In this document: positions 36,693 to 56,544 of the stretch, piece by piece
Layout: each line of letters begins with the position of its first letter
How positions within the stretch are numbered: the stretch's first letter is position 1
Assembly: GCF_046119375.1 (NCBI RefSeq)
Contig: NW_027362767.1
Span: 262,260,001 to 262,324,000 of the forward strand
Direction of reading: 5' to 3'
Origin: Phyllobates terribilis
Lineage: Eukaryota
Length of the DNA stretch: 64,000 nt
Made by a program: the position numbers and the translations under genes
Notes under the pieces: model-generated
Databases searched by the model: none
Seen by the model: only the letters and a program-made list of their open reading frames with translations
What the model was told of the DNA's origin: nothing

Positions 36693-37158
36693 GTGAGTGC
36701 GGCCTGTGTGATGATCATTAGGCTATGTGCAGACGATCCGCAGCGTTTCCTGACTGTGTGCTCATACCCTCATAGTTCGTTAATTCCGCCAGCACAATGT
36801 ACATCCATGAAGCTGCTGCAGGTGATATCAGCGGCTGCCTCCTGTGGAACTGCAGCGGTTGGGATTAGAGATCACTCTGATCACGATTGTTTAACCGCTG
36901 AGATGCTGTAGTCTATGGCGACCATGGCATCTACATAGATGCTTGCTGTGCAAGTATAGGTGCTACACAGCAGACGTCTGAAAGTTACCGCAGGTTAACC
37001 TCCTAAATGCTGCACTGAAACACGACAGCAGCATTTAATAGGTACCAAACTGGGCAGTCATTCATTGTCAGCTATTGACCCTTTGGGCAGAGCAGTCGCG
37101 AGGTGCCAATGTGTTGCCATGGCTGCTGGAAGCCCCTGTGTCTGCCATGTTAGTACAT

Positions 37159-37310
37159 GAGATAGATGCTGGGAAAGGAAGTTGTTTCTGCGCTCTATGG
37201 AGTCACGACAAACCGTTAGTATGGATAAAAATGTAGCTTTTTATCCATATTAATTGTTTGTTGTGACTCCATAGAGCGCAGAAACAACTTCCTTTCCCAG
37301 CTTCTATCTC
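37159..37310. repeat. near-perfect 73-bp inverted repeat with 6-nt loop
   Basis: Arms 37159-37231 and 37238-37310 differ at 5 positions. Confidence 0.95.
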
Positions 37311-37920
37311 TGACATATCCATAGGAGGCTGCAGCATCTGGATTCCAAGCTTTATAGGTGTTGTGTCCCACACAACCCTACTAGGTGAGCAGTTTTAATA
37401 CTCCTGTACCAATTATTTACATTGGATAAGACCCTATTGCTCTTGCATCTTTTCATGTTAGTTACATGAAGCTGACACACATTGGATCTTGGCAGGTTCA
37501 AGTCCCATAAAGAAACTAATTGCAAAAATATTTAAACTAAAAAAAGTAAATGTTTGACGTCTCGCTTCCACACTGCATAAACACTACTTTTTTCCTGCTT
37601 TTTAATAGTTCAAGCAAAGTGGATGCGATTTTGTGAAATCTCATGACCATGAAATAATCATGAAAGTGCAGAATTGCAACGCAAATACACTAAAGTAAAT
37701 GCATCGTTATATCTGCGCCATAAACGCAATAGTCAGATCAGATTGCTAATATGTATCTTGGTGTGGACACTTGAAGAAAAAAAAAAAACGCAGTATTTTC
37801 CCCAGTAAGAACATAAACTAAATCTTCCCCTTTTTCCCAAACCTAAATAGTACAATGAACAATAGTGTACTTGGTATCAGCACATGCTCAATTTTCGAAA
37901 CTTTTTTTTTTTTTCTACAG

Positions 37921-38039
37921 CGCCAATAATTTTGCAATGAAGGGGAAGAGAAAGACCCTGAACGTCACTGACGTGATGGCCGCCGTGGAGGAGATGGAAT
38001 TTCAGCGTTTCCTCGCACCATTAAAAGAGTCTCTGGAAG
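37921..38039 (+). CDS. pole3: POLE3 coding exon 3
   Basis: [39 protein letters not shown]; AG/GT boundaries. Confidence 0.97.
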
Positions 38040-38195
38040 GTGAGAGTCACTGATTCCATCAATCTCCTTTACTTACCAATCCCTCACTGTTTCTTGTGAC
38101 CGATGTTTTTATGCCCCTCCCCCCACCACCAATCTGTCTATTGAGCTGCAGGTATCATTTGTGACCGCTGCCGCTGATCACTGGTTCCAGAGATA

Positions 38196-39824
38196 CAGTG
38201 GGTACGGAAAGTATTCAGACCCCTTTAAATGTTTCACTCTTTGTTTCATTGCAGCCATTTGGAAAATTCTAAAAAGTTCATTTGTTTTTCTCATTAATGT
38301 ACACTGTGCACCCCATCTTGACTGAAAAAAAACAGAACTGTAGAAATTTTTGCAAAATTTATTAAAAAAGAAAAACTGAAACATCACATGGTCATAAGTA
38401 TTCAGACCCTTTGCTCAGACACTCATATTTAAGTCACATGCTGTCCATTTCCTTGTGATCCTCCTTGAGATGGTTCTACTCCTTCTTTGGAGTCCAGCTG
38501 TGTTTAATTAAACTGATAGGACTTGATTTGGAAAGGCACACACCTGTCTATATAAGACCTCACAGCTCACAGCGCATGTCAGACCAAATGAGAATCATGA
38601 GCTCAAAGGAACTGCCCAAGGAGCTCAGAGACAGAATTGTGGCAAGGCACAGATCTGGCCAAGGTTATAAGAGAATTTCTGCATTACTCAAGGTTCCTAA
38701 GAGCACAGTGGCCTCCATAATCCTTAAATGGAAAAAGTTTGGGACCACCAGAAGTCTTCCTACACCTGGCCGTCCAGCCAAACTGAGGAATCGTGGGAGA
38801 AGAGCCTTAGTGAGAGAGGTAAAGAAGAAACCCAAGATCACTGTGGCTGAGCTCCAGAGATGCAGTAGGGAGATGGGAGAAAGTTCCACAAAGTCAACTA
38901 TCACTGTAGCCCTCCACCAGTCAAGCCTTTATGGCAGAGTGGCCCAACGGAAGTCTCTCCTCATTGCAAGACATATGAAAGCCTGCATAGAGTTTGCTCA
39001 AAAACACATGAAGGACTCCCAGACTATGAGAAATAAGATTCTCTGGTCTGATGAGACGAAGATAGAATTATTACCAAAAAGTTCTAAGTGGTATGTGTGG
39101 AGAAAACCAGGCACAGCTCATCACCTGCTCAATACAATCCCAACAGTGAAACATGGTGGTGGCAGCATCATGCTATGGGGGTGTTTTTCTGCTGCAGGGA
39201 CAGGACGACTGGTTGCACTTGAAGGAAACATGAATGTGGCCAAGTACAGAGATATCCTGGATGAAAACCTCTTCCAGAGTGCTCTGGACCTCATGCTTGG
39301 CCAAAGGTTCACCTTCCAACAAGACAATGACCCTAAGCACACAGCTAAAATAACAAAGGAGTGGCTTGAAAACAACTGTGACCATTCTTGACTGGCCCAG
39401 TCAGAGCCCTGACCTAAACCCAATTGAGCATCTCTGGAGAGACCTGAAAATGGCTGTCCACCAACGTTCCAACCTGATGGAACTGGAGAGGATCTGCAAG
39501 GAAGAATGGCAGAGGATCCCCAAATCCAGGTGTGATAAACTTTTTGCATCATTCCCAAGAAGGCTCATGGCTGTACTAGCTCAAAAGGGGCTTCTACTCA
39601 ATACTGAGCAAAGGGTCTGAATACTTATGACCATGTGATATTTCAGGTGGTTTTTATTAATAAATTTGCAAAAATGTCTACATTTCTGTTTTTTTTCAGT
39701 TAAGATGGGGTGCAGAGTGTACATCAATGAGAAAAGAAATGAACTTTTTAGAATTTACCAAATGGCTGCAATGAAACAAAGAGTGAAAAATTTAAAGGGG
39801 TCTGAATACTTTCTGTACCCACTG
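38196..39824 (+). mobile_element. full-length Tc1-like IR/DR transposon, decayed transposase
   Basis: TA target duplications at 38194-95 and 39825-26. TIR CAGTGGGTACGGAAAGTATTCAGACCC, with inner direct repeats at ~38397 and ~39610. DD34E motifs [17 protein letters not shown]. Frameshifts at ~39378 and ~39590. Confidence 0.96.
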
Positions 39825-40835
39825 TATCTACAGGTAAGTTCTACAACTTATGATTGGCTGCAGCGGTCACATGTTATGTTGCCAAGTCATTGTTGGAGTC
39901 AGTGAACAGAGACTAGTCGGACTAGGAAAGCTCCTTCACAGGAGCAGCGAGGGCCTGCTGAGGTGAGTATCACTATCTATGGCAATGTCAGGCCAGTAAT
40001 GAGCGCCGTTCAAATATATTAAAGTAGTTCTTTGCTCATTTACATGGGCCGACAAGCAGTGATGGGGTCAGAACGATGGCTAATATGGTGTTCTGCCCCC
40101 ATACAGCATCATGTTAGCAGCACATGTCCTGTCTACACCAGGCGCTGCGCCGCTGATGACCATGTTTATTATGCATGTCTAAGAATCAAATCCCCTGATG
40201 AGTGCTGCGATCCTTTGTTCGGAAATTGCAGGCATGTTTACTCCGGCGGATGTAGGAGTCTGGATCAGGGTCACACAACCGATTTCTCTCCACTGGAGAA
40301 AAACGTTCATAATAATTCGATGAGAGTGTAATCTGATTTTCTTGGAGGTGGGGAGAAAAAAAAAATTCTCCGCCTTTTCCATTATGTCAGTCCATGAAAA
40401 TCGGACCGCACTCAGATGTCATCCGAGTTCAGTCTGTTTTTTTTTTTTTTTTTCCACTGACCCATAGACATGAATGGGTGAATGCCACCCAATTCTTGTT
40501 AAATTATGCATACTGCTATTTTTTTTTTTTTTTACCTTTGACATGTGCACCGCCCCACAGAATAACATGGGTCAGAACCACATATAGCACTTGTTCGATG
40601 TAACTGGCCGTGTGCATGAGCCCTTACAGTCAGAAATGTGATCAGCTGATTGTTGGCCTCAGGGGGACGACCCCATGTCTATGGTCACATGCAGTTTTGC
40701 AACATCATTTGAAGACTCTTTCTATTTTTTTCTTGTGGGAAATCCTATATGCAGTTCACATGAGGACTTTTTTTGTTTTGGAAGGGTTTCTTTGGGGATG
40801 GTGTTTTATCAAGTTTTTTTTTGAGGGGGGGGGAT

Positions 40836-40866
<31 letters not shown>

Positions 40867-41399
40867 AGTTTTGAAATACTTTTTGGGTGGAAAAAGCACA
40901 TGTCACTTCTCGGAAGCATTTCCTGATGGAATCCTTACTAGGCACTGTTCAATGAAAAGGCTTCAAGAAATAAAAAAGTCTTCTAAAATGGGAGAATTTT
41001 CTGTTTGAAAAAACTTTTTTTTCTTTTTTGAAATGCTTTAAACAACTCTTATTTTATTTAGAGCTCGCTCACACTGGTGAATAAATCTGACAAGTGCAAT
41101 ACGAGAAAAATCGGACTGCACTCGGACCAATGTTATTCAATGAGACCGTGCAGATCTGCGGATTTTTTTTCTCAGATGTAATCGGTGTGCTGTGATTTCA
41201 CTCCGAAATCTGATGGGTGTGAGAGAAAAATCCATATTGACCATGAGAGTGGCGTCCGATATTTACGGATACATTACAGTTCTTTAACATAGGAAACTGT
41301 AACTGGTCCTGTAAAAGATTCATAGCTGCTGAGTAAAAAAATGGATTGCACACGGATGACAAATGAGGAAAAATCGTTCCACTTTTCTGGATGAGAATG

Positions 41400-41430
<31 letters not shown>

Positions 41431-41504
41431 GCTAGCTTGAGAGAACCCTTATGGAGAGTCGGGCACCGTTCAATCTGTTATTGTCCCGGAATAGTGAAAC
41501 GGTC

Positions 41505-41662
41505 ACACATTCAGTATTCGATCAGTATTTGTAAGCCAAAATCAGGAGAGGAACAATCAGAGGAAAAGTATAATAGAAACACGTCACCACTTCTGTATTT
41601 ATCATCCACTCCTGGTTTTGGCTTACAAATACTGATGTAAAATACTGACCGGATACTGAACG
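41505..41662. mobile_element. MITE with inverted arms (TCAGTATTTGTAAGCCAAAA / TTTTGGCTTACAAATACTGA)
   Basis: Direct reading of the inverted repeat; no coding capacity. Confidence 0.6.
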
Positions 41663-42049
41663 TGGCCTAAAGGGTTTGTCTAAGATTTTCTGATTAATAT
41701 CAAATTGGTGGTCCGGCACCCCTACTGATCATTTGTCTGCAGCTCCATACATAGTGTTGTTGCCATTCTGCGCTCCTATTGAAGTGAATGGGAGCGGCAA
41801 TACCTAAGAATGACCACTAGAGGGTGTCACACAGCTGATATGTGCGGAGGCGAAGATTACAAAAAAGGATCGATTTCTGCTAAGCCCTCCTCTTACTGTG
41901 TCTGTTCATAGATGTGGCTGATCTGCACCACCAGGCACTGCCCATAGATAAGTGGCGCTGCTTCTGGGGGCAGTCTCTCCCCTTTAATACTATACTGTTG
42001 CTGTCTTGTTGAGATGGGGTATTTTACAGTCTCTTGTTTTTCCCCTCAG

Positions 42050-42219
42050 CTTACAGACGGGAGCAGAAAGGAAAGAAAGAAGCCACCGAGATGAAAAAGA
42101 AAGACAATAAAGACAAGAAGCTGGATGGAGATGAGCAGGACAAGAGCCGAGAAGAGGAGGACGAGGAGGAGAAAATGGAGGAGGATGAGGTGGTAGAGGA
42201 CGAAGAGGTGGAGAACTGA
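42050..42219 (+). CDS. pole3: POLE3 coding exon 4 (acidic C-terminal tail)
   Basis: [11 protein letters not shown]...EEVEN*. Total CDS is 66+86+119+170=441 nt = 146 aa. AATAAA at 42391. Confidence 0.97.
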
Positions 42220-43944
42220 GATGAGGCTTCTCCTGTTTGTAGAGGACATTTCGGGTACTGGCTCTGTGCCCGCTGAAGCCCCCTCACCCGTCAGACCCAT
42301 CTTCACAGGTCGCTCTGGTCGGAGCCACAAAGGACAAGAGACTGAGTGGTGAGAGCGGCTGAGGACCAGATGGGACATGAGCTTGTTAATAATAAACCTG
42401 GAGTTTGTTTTCTATATTGTCTCCTCCGATCCCATTCTATTACATCTGCAACCTGTGGCGGCTCCTGCTGGGAGGAGTTGTTCTACAAGAGGTGGAGGTG
42501 CTGCTGTTTGCAGACCTGCAATGAATACCGCTGTGACGACCCTCGTGTAAACACTCAATTCCCTTATGTTCTCACTGAAACACAATTGATACCACGGCCG
42601 TGTGCCATGAGCAGGGTCGTAGTAGTAGGATATCCACAGTATTAATGTGTAGTTGGGTTAATGGTGTCTTGTCAGCATGGCGTGACAATCCAGGCACTTT
42701 ATTCAATTTATAAACCTCAACGTGATTCTTTCTATTCACTGTCAGGAAGCAGAGATCTTGGAAAGTGTCATAACTTTACATCAGGTGGTCTTCCAGTGTG
42801 TGCCGCTGCTCGTGTATAATGTGATCACGCGCTCGCCCTGATCCCGTGTGACAGCACCGCCGGGGGCCGCGCCCAACTCCCATCATTCACATCCAGTCAT
42901 CTGAGCCAACTCCGGCCTGATTAGTGTCAGAATCCCAGACCTGTCAGCAAATTCCTCATGTTCTCCATTAAGTCTGAGGCCGTCAAGAGGGAAGAAGCAT
43001 TTAATGAGCGGAGAACGCCGGCGAGTGATGATGAGCGTGGTTGTTGCAGTCACTTGGCTTTCCCAGACTCCTGAGAGGCAAATCTGCTGACTTGTGCCAT
43101 GTCGTATCCTGTATTGTGTATGAGCCTTGCAGGACGCTAGGAAAGTTGGGTGACCACCAATATGGTGGCCGATGGGAGTCACATCAATCACCGTCATGTG
43201 TTTATCCGTGTATGGTTGGATTTGCCATGATAACTACCACTCCCATCATTCTCTCCAGCAATAAATCGCAGATTATACCATAGAATGGAAAAACTGGTTC
43301 TTGTTTTCTGGCAGCTCGGTAGATTTGTCACCACACCCGAGCGATTAGCTTTTGGGGCTGGTTAACCCTTCCTGACGCAGACCATTTCTGATTTATTTAT
43401 TTTTCCACACAGCCATAATGTTTTTATTTTTCTGCTTAATAACCATAGGAGATCTTGTTATTTGCGGGACAAGTTGTTGCTTTGAGTGACGCCATTCATT
43501 TTAACACTGACAAATGGGGAGAAAAGTGCTGTACAAAAATAAACTCCGGCAGTTTTTTGGGTTTTGTTTTTGCAGCGTTCATTTTGCAGGAAACAGGATG
43601 ATGAACTTTTATAGTTTTTTTTTTCGCTATGCAATTTTTATGATGGTATTTTCACTGTATTAACCCAAACCATAGGACTACAGGAGCCAGGAAGAGGTCT
43701 CCACGCTGCCGCCCATTCAGAACGGTGATGCCAGAAATGATGATGCCCAGCAATAGGGACACATCACATGTAGGAATAACCCATGAAGCACATTATAGAT
43801 ATGTCAGACAGCCACAAATAACACAATAACCCCATAGCTGCTGCTGCTGCTCTTTAATTACAGCATTTTCCTTCCATTGATTATTTTTTTTTCTGCATAA
43901 TTATTACTGAGCTGTAGTACCTACATTTGGTCACTGGGTGTCAT

Positions 43945-44060
43945 CAGCGGTAGAGGGGCGTGGTAATGAGGGGGCGGGCTATAGGCCGGTTTCAGTATAC
44001 ATGTGCGGGGTGACACGTGAGTGAGGTCACAGGACGGAGCTGCGCTGCGGGGATCGGTCG
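43945..44060 (+). promoter_or_regulatory. alad: ALAD housekeeping promoter and non-coding first exon
   Basis: GC boxes GGGGCGTGG and GGGGGCGGG (~43955-43980), E-box CACGTG (44014), first donor TCG|GTGAGT at 44061. Confidence 0.6.
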
Positions 44061-45410
44061 GTGAGTGGCCGGCGCTGCGCTGCGGGGATCGGTCGGTGAG
44101 TGGCCGGTTCTGCGGGGATCGGTCGGTGAGTGGCCGGCGCTGCGCTGCGGGGATCGGTCGGTGAGTGGCCGGCGCTGCGGGGATCGGTCGGTGAGTGTCT
44201 GGCGCTGCGCTGCGGGGATCGGTCGGTGAGTGGCCGGCGCTGCGGGGATCGGTCGGTGAGTGGCCGGCGCTGCGGGGATCGGTCGGTGAGTGTCTGGCGC
44301 TGCGCTGCGGGGATCGGTCGGTGAGTGGCCGGCGCTGCGCTGCGGTGATCGGTCGGTGAGTGGCCGGCGCTGCGGGGATCGGTCGGTGAGTGGCCGGTGC
44401 TGCGCTGCGGGGATCGGTCGGTGAGTGGCCGGCGCTGCGGGGATCGGTCGGTGAGTGGCCGGCGCTGTGCTGCGGGGATCGGTCGGTGAGTGGCCGGCGC
44501 TGTGCTGCGGGGATCGGTCGGTGAGTGGCCGGCGCTGTGCTGCGGGGATCGGTCGGTGAGTGGCCGGCGCTGTGCTGCGGGGATCGGTCGGTGAGTGGCC
44601 GGCGCTGCGGGGATCGGTCGGTGAGTGGCCGGCGCTGTGCTGCGGGGATCGGTCGGTGAGTGGCCGGCGCTGTGCTGCGGGGATCGGTCGGTGAGTGGCC
44701 GGCGCTGCGGGGATCGGTCGGTGAGTGGCCGGCGCTGCGGGGATCAGTCGGTGAGTGGCCGGTGCTGTGCTGCGGGGATCGGTCGGTGAGTGGCCGGCGC
44801 TGCGGGGATCAGTCGGTGAGTGGCCGGCGCTGTGCTGCGGGGATCGGTCGGTGAGTGGCCGGCGCTGCGCTGCGGGGATCGGTCGGTGAGTGTCTGGCGC
44901 TGCGCTGCGGGGATCGGTCGGTGAGTGGCCGGCGCTGCGGGGATCGGTCGGTGAGTGGCCGGCGCTGCGGGGATCGGTCGGTGAGTGGCCGGCGCTGTGC
45001 TGCGGGGATCGGTCGGTGAGTGGCCGGCGCTGTGCTGCGGGGATCGGTCGGTGAGTGGCCGGCGCTGTGCTGCGGGGATCGGTCGGTGAGTGGCCGGCGC
45101 TGTGCTGCGGGGATCGGTCGGTGAGTGGCCGGCGCTGTGCTGCGGGGATCGGTCGGTGAGTGGCCGGCGCTGTGCTGCGGGGATCGGTCGGTGAGTGGCC
45201 GGCGCTGTGCTGCGGGGATCGGTCGGTGAGTGTCTGGCGCTGCGCTGCGGGGATCGGTCGGTGAGTGTCTGGCTCTGCGCTGCGGGGATCGGTCGGTGAG
45301 TGGCCGGCGCTGCGGGGATCGGTCGGTGAGTGGCCGGCGTTGCGCTGCGGGGATCGGTCGGTGAGTGGCCGGCGCTGCGGGGATCGGTCGGTGAGTGGCC
45401 GGCGCTGCGG
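44041..45410. repeat. GC/CpG-rich 30/35-bp tandem array, 41 units, each containing GTGAGT (mostly TCG|GTGAGT)
   Basis: Counted 41 GTGAGT occurrences from 44061 to 45391. Confidence 0.96.
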
Positions 45411-46629
45411 GCCGGTGTGTCCGTGCTCTCTGCTTGTGTCACCCTGTATAATGAGTGCAGGACACTGCGGGGCCGCTGCTGGGGCTGTGACTTTATCTGC
45501 AGGGTCATTACCCGGACGCCCCATAATCCCCCCCCACACACTTCTTATACTGGGACCCTCGTACATTACGGCCACTTATTAAAACCAGTTCTCTACAATG
45601 GACACCCCCTTTAAGTCCTGTTCCCATGGCAGCGACTTTTCGCTATCAGTCTATATAATTCCTGCCTCCGCTCCCATCAGATGGCGCAGAAGCCTTGTGT
45701 GATTCCTGTAATCCGGCATGCTCCTGTGCAGAATATTCTGGATTACCGGACGTGGAGATGCACAGAACGCCGGAATCGTCCAATTCTACTTTTGCAGAAA
45801 TACCCTCTTTTTTCTTTCAGCTTTATCAGATGAGTTATGCCGTTACTTTATTATGAGTAGTTTTTCCAATTTAAACAGGGGCGTGTAAACTTTTAAACTA
45901 AAGCCCCCGATGTCAGCGCCATTGTCATCTATCTTCCCCATGTTTCCCCCCTCCCCCGGCCATTACCGCAGTTCTCCACGGTCAGCGTTTCTCTTATCTG
46001 AGCCCTCCAGATCCTAACCTCTGTTGGCAAAACTATTGATGAGCCCACCACACCCGGCCCACCCCACCATCTCTCAGAATCTGCAGGTTTTGAGGAGTGG
46101 GTGGTGTCTGCCCAGTATCGAGGGGTGGGGGGCTCCTATCCATCACACTGCAGCGGATTAACCAGTGCAGCCGGGTTTATAACCATTACCCTTGTTCTGT
46201 AATTGGGACGCTGCAGCCAACTTGCTGGTGATGGAGATGGGAGTATAGTGTCCTTATGTGACAAATGGGAGGAGCCAAGTATACATGAGGGAGTCTCCAA
46301 TAACAGCTCCATCACTGCTTTTCTCCCCTCCGCTTCTTCCAGAAGCCATGACTGATATCGTTCATTTCACCACCCTGGCTGGGCACAAGTTCTGACTGTT
46401 GGCTGCCACTGTAACCTATCGGCGCCCCACGATCATGTCTCACAGGGGTATCAATAAAGTTTATTGAAGAAAGGATAGGTTGCACTGGCGCCTTGTAATC
46501 TCCTCAGGGAGAAACTTTGAAGCAGTTGCCTAGAGCGGCAAATGTGGCTTAAATTTTCTGAACTTTATTTGTACAGCTCTGGTGAACAATGAACAATGTT
46601 TTTTGTTTGATTTTTCCTTCACAGACAGA

Positions 46630-46742
46630 ATGCAGGCAGAAGCCATACTGCACAGCGGCTACTTTCACCCCGTCCTCCGCTCCTGGCAGTCCACAGCGAC
46701 CAGCCTCCATGCCTCCAATCTCATGTACCCCATCTTCATCAC
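46630..46742 (+). CDS. alad: delta-aminolevulinic acid dehydratase (porphobilinogen synthase), coding exon 1
   Basis: [20 protein letters not shown]...YPIFIT; acceptor at 46624, donor GTGAGT. Confidence 0.97.
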
Positions 46743-46817
46743 GTGAGTGACGCTGCAGATCTGTAACTTGTGTTATGTTCTACTGTACATTTTATTATAT
46801 ATGTTTATATGTTGCAG

Positions 46818-46868
46818 AGATAATCACGATGGAATAGAACCGATCAACAGTCTGCCGGGGCAAGCCAG
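46818..46868 (+). CDS. alad: ALAD coding exon 2
   Basis: DNHDGIEPINSLPGQAR; 51 nt. Confidence 0.96.
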
Positions 46869-46879
46869 GTGAGGAATGT

Positions 46880-47811
46880 GATGTGTACACAGCGAGCGCA
46901 GCTCTGGAGGATAATACAGAGTGTATGTACACAGTGAGAGTAGGGAGCGCTGGAGGATAATACAGTAGGTAACTCAGGATCAGTACAGGATAAGTAATGT
47001 AATGTATGTACAAAGTGACTGCACCAGCAGAATAGTGAGTGCAGCTCTGGAGTATAATCCAGGATGTAACTCAGGATCAGCACAGGATAAGTAATGTAAT
47101 GTATGTACACAGTGACTGCACCAGCAGCATAGAGAGTGCAGCTCTGGAGTATAATACAGGATGTAACTCAGGATCAGCACAGGATAAGTAATGTAATGTA
47201 TGTACACAGTGACTGCACCAGCAGAATAGTGACTGCAGCTCTGGAGTATAATACAGGATGTAACTCAGGATCAGTACAGGATAAGTAATGTAATGTATGT
47301 ACACAGTGACTGTACCAGCAGAATAGTGAGTGCAGCTCTGGAGTATAATACAGGATGTAACTCAGGATCAGTAATGTAATGTATGTACACAGTGACTGCA
47401 CCAGCAGAATAGTGACTGCAGCTCTGGAGTATAATACAGGATGTAACTCAGGATCAGTAATGTAATGTATGTACACAGTGAGTGCAGCTCTGGAGTATAA
47501 TACAGGATGTAACTCAGGATCAGTACAGGATAAGTAATGTAATGTATGTACACAGTGACTGCACCAGCAGAATAGTGAGTGCAGCTCTGGAGTATAATAC
47601 AGGATGTAACTCAGGATCAGTACAGGATAAGTAATGTAATGTGTGTACACAGTGACTGCACCAGCAGAATAGTGAGTGCAGCTCTGGAGTATAATACAGG
47701 ATGTAACTCAGGATCAGTACAGGATAAGTAATGTAATGTGTGTACACAGTGACTGCACCAGCAGAATAGTGAGTGCAGCTCTGGAGTATAATACAGGATG
47801 TAACGCAGGAT
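46880..47811. repeat. 97-bp dispersed minisatellite, left arm
   Basis: 97-bp offsets in the ORF track (46980/47077/47174). Confidence 0.96.
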
Positions 47812-54140
<6,329 letters not shown>

Positions 54141-56125
54141 ATCAGTACATAAGTAATGTAATGTATGTACACAGTGACTGCACCAGCAGAATAGTGAGTG
54201 CAGCTCTGGAGTATAATGCAGGATGTAACTCAGGATCAGTACAGGATAAGTAATGTAATGTATGTACACAGTGACTGCACCAGCAGAATAGTGAGTACAG
54301 CTCTGGAGTATAATACAGGATGTAACTCAGGGTCAGTACAGGATCAGTAATGTAATGTATGTACACAGTGACTGCACCAGCAGAATAGTGAGTGCAGCTG
54401 TGGAGTATAATACAGGAGGTAACTCAGGATCAGTAATGTAATGTATGTACACAGTGACTGCACCAGCAGAATAGTGAGTGCAGCTCTGGAGTATAATACA
54501 GGATGTAACTCAGGATCAGTACAGGATAAGTAATGTAATGTATGTACACAGTGACTGCACCAGCAGAATAGTGAGTGCAGCTGTGGAGTATAATACAGGA
54601 TGTAACTCAGTATTAGTACAGGATAAGTAATGTAATGTATGTACACAGTGACTGCACCAGCAGAATAGTGAGTGCTGCTCTGGAGTATAATACAGGATGT
54701 AACTCAGTATTAGTACAGGATAAGTAATGTAATGTATGTACACAGTGACTCCACCAGCAGAATAGTGAGTGCAGCTCTGGAGTATAATACAGGATGTAAC
54801 TCAGTATTAGTATAGGATAAGTAATGTAATGTATGTACACAGTGACTGCACCAGCAGAATAGTGAGTGCAGCTCTGGAGTATAATACAGGATGTAACTCA
54901 GGATCAGTACAGGATAAGTAATGTAATGTATGTACACAGTGACTGCACCAGCAGAATAGTGAGTACAGCTGTGGAGTATAATACAGGAGGTAACTCAGGA
55001 TCAGTAATGTAATGTATGTACACAGTGACTGCACCAGCAGAATAGTGAGTGCAGCTCTGGAGTATAATACAGGATGTAACTCAGGATCAGTACAGGATAA
55101 GTAATGTAATGTATGTACACAGTGACTGCACCAGCAGAATAGTGAGTGCAGCTCTGGAGTATAATACAGGATGTAACTCAGGATCAGTACAGGATAAGTA
55201 ATGTAATGTATGTACACAGTGACTGCACCAGCAGAATAGTGAGTACAGCTGTGGAGTATAATACAGGAGGTAACTCAGGATCAGTAATGTAATGTATGTA
55301 CACAGTGACTGCACCAGCAGAATAGGGAGTGCAGCTCTGGAGTATAATCCAGGATGTAACTCAGGATCAGTACAGGATCAGTAATGTATGTACACAGTGA
55401 CTGCACCAGCAGAATAGTGAGTGCAGCTGTGGAGTATAATACAGGATGTAACTCAGGATCGGTACAGGATAAGGAATGTAATGTATGTACACAGTGACTG
55501 CACCAGCAGAATAGTGAGTGCAGCTCTGGAGGATAACACAGGATGTACCTCAGGATCAGTACAGGATAAGTAATGTAATGTATGTACACAGTGGCTGCAG
55601 CAGCAGAATAGTGAGTGCAGCTCTGGAGTATAATACAGGATGTAACTCAGGATCAGTACAGGATAAGTAATGTAATGTATGTACACAGTGACTGCACCAG
55701 CAGAATAGTGAGTGCTGCTCTGGAGTATAATACAGGATGTAACTCAGTATTAGTACAGGATAAGTAATGTAATGTATGTACACAGTGACTCCACCAGCAG
55801 ACTAGTGAATGCAGCTCTGGAGTATAATACAGGATGTAACTCAGGATCAGTACAGGATAAGTAATGTAATGTATGTACACAGTGACTGCACCAGCAGAAT
55901 AGTGAGTGCTGCTCTGGAGTATAATACAGGATGTAACTCAGTATTAGTACAGGATAAGTAATGTAATGTATGTACACAGTGACTCCACCAGCAGAATAGT
56001 AGAATAGTGAGTGCAGCTCTGGGGTATAATAAAGGATGTAACTCAGGATCAGTAATGTAATCTACGTACACAGTGACTGCACCAGCAGAATAACGAGTTC
56101 AGCTCTGGAGTGTAATATAGAATGT
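54141..56125. repeat. 97-bp dispersed minisatellite, right arm
   Basis: Same unit as 46880-47811. Confidence 0.96.
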
Positions 56126-56447
56126 AACTTGGGATTATTCGAACAGTGAATATTGTCATTGTATTGGACTATAAACTCTGATCGGAATCCGAGACATTAT
56201 AAATCTTGCTCCAGTTGACAACTGGGTCAATTTTGGCATTGCCATGATGTCTGCTGCGCGTGCCGGCTTCTCTACTCCCTCTTCCATATGAGACGTCTGG
56301 AGCCAGGAGTTGGTCTGTTTGGCTGTGATATCCTGGCTTTGCTCAGTACCATGCAGTAAAGCTAATGCCCTCCCTTGTGTATACAGTGGGACGTGTTGCG
56401 GTATACAGCTTGTATGAATATACTGTTCTTTATTTTCGCCTTTGCAG

Positions 56448-56544
56448 ATATGGAGTGAACAAGCTGGAGGAGATGCTACGCCCCCTGGTGGAAGATGGAC
56501 TGAAGTGCGTGCTGATCTTTGGCGTCCCGAGCAAAGTCATAAAG
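56448..56544 (+). CDS. alad: ALAD coding exon 3
   Basis: [32 protein letters not shown]. Confidence 0.97.

Noticed and set aside
43020-43080. C-box/D-box-like motifs (GTGATGA...CTGA)
   Set aside because: Too short, no terminal stem, and intergenic; insufficient support for a snoRNA.
43992-45614. 527-aa Pro/Arg-rich ORF and overlapping ORFs
   Set aside because: Translations of the GC-rich 30/35-bp array, which lacks stops for compositional reasons.
56458-56460. ALAD Asn59, matching the human ALAD2 (K59N) allele
   Set aside because: Asn is, as I recall, also found in mouse and is probably the ancestral state, so it is not unusual.
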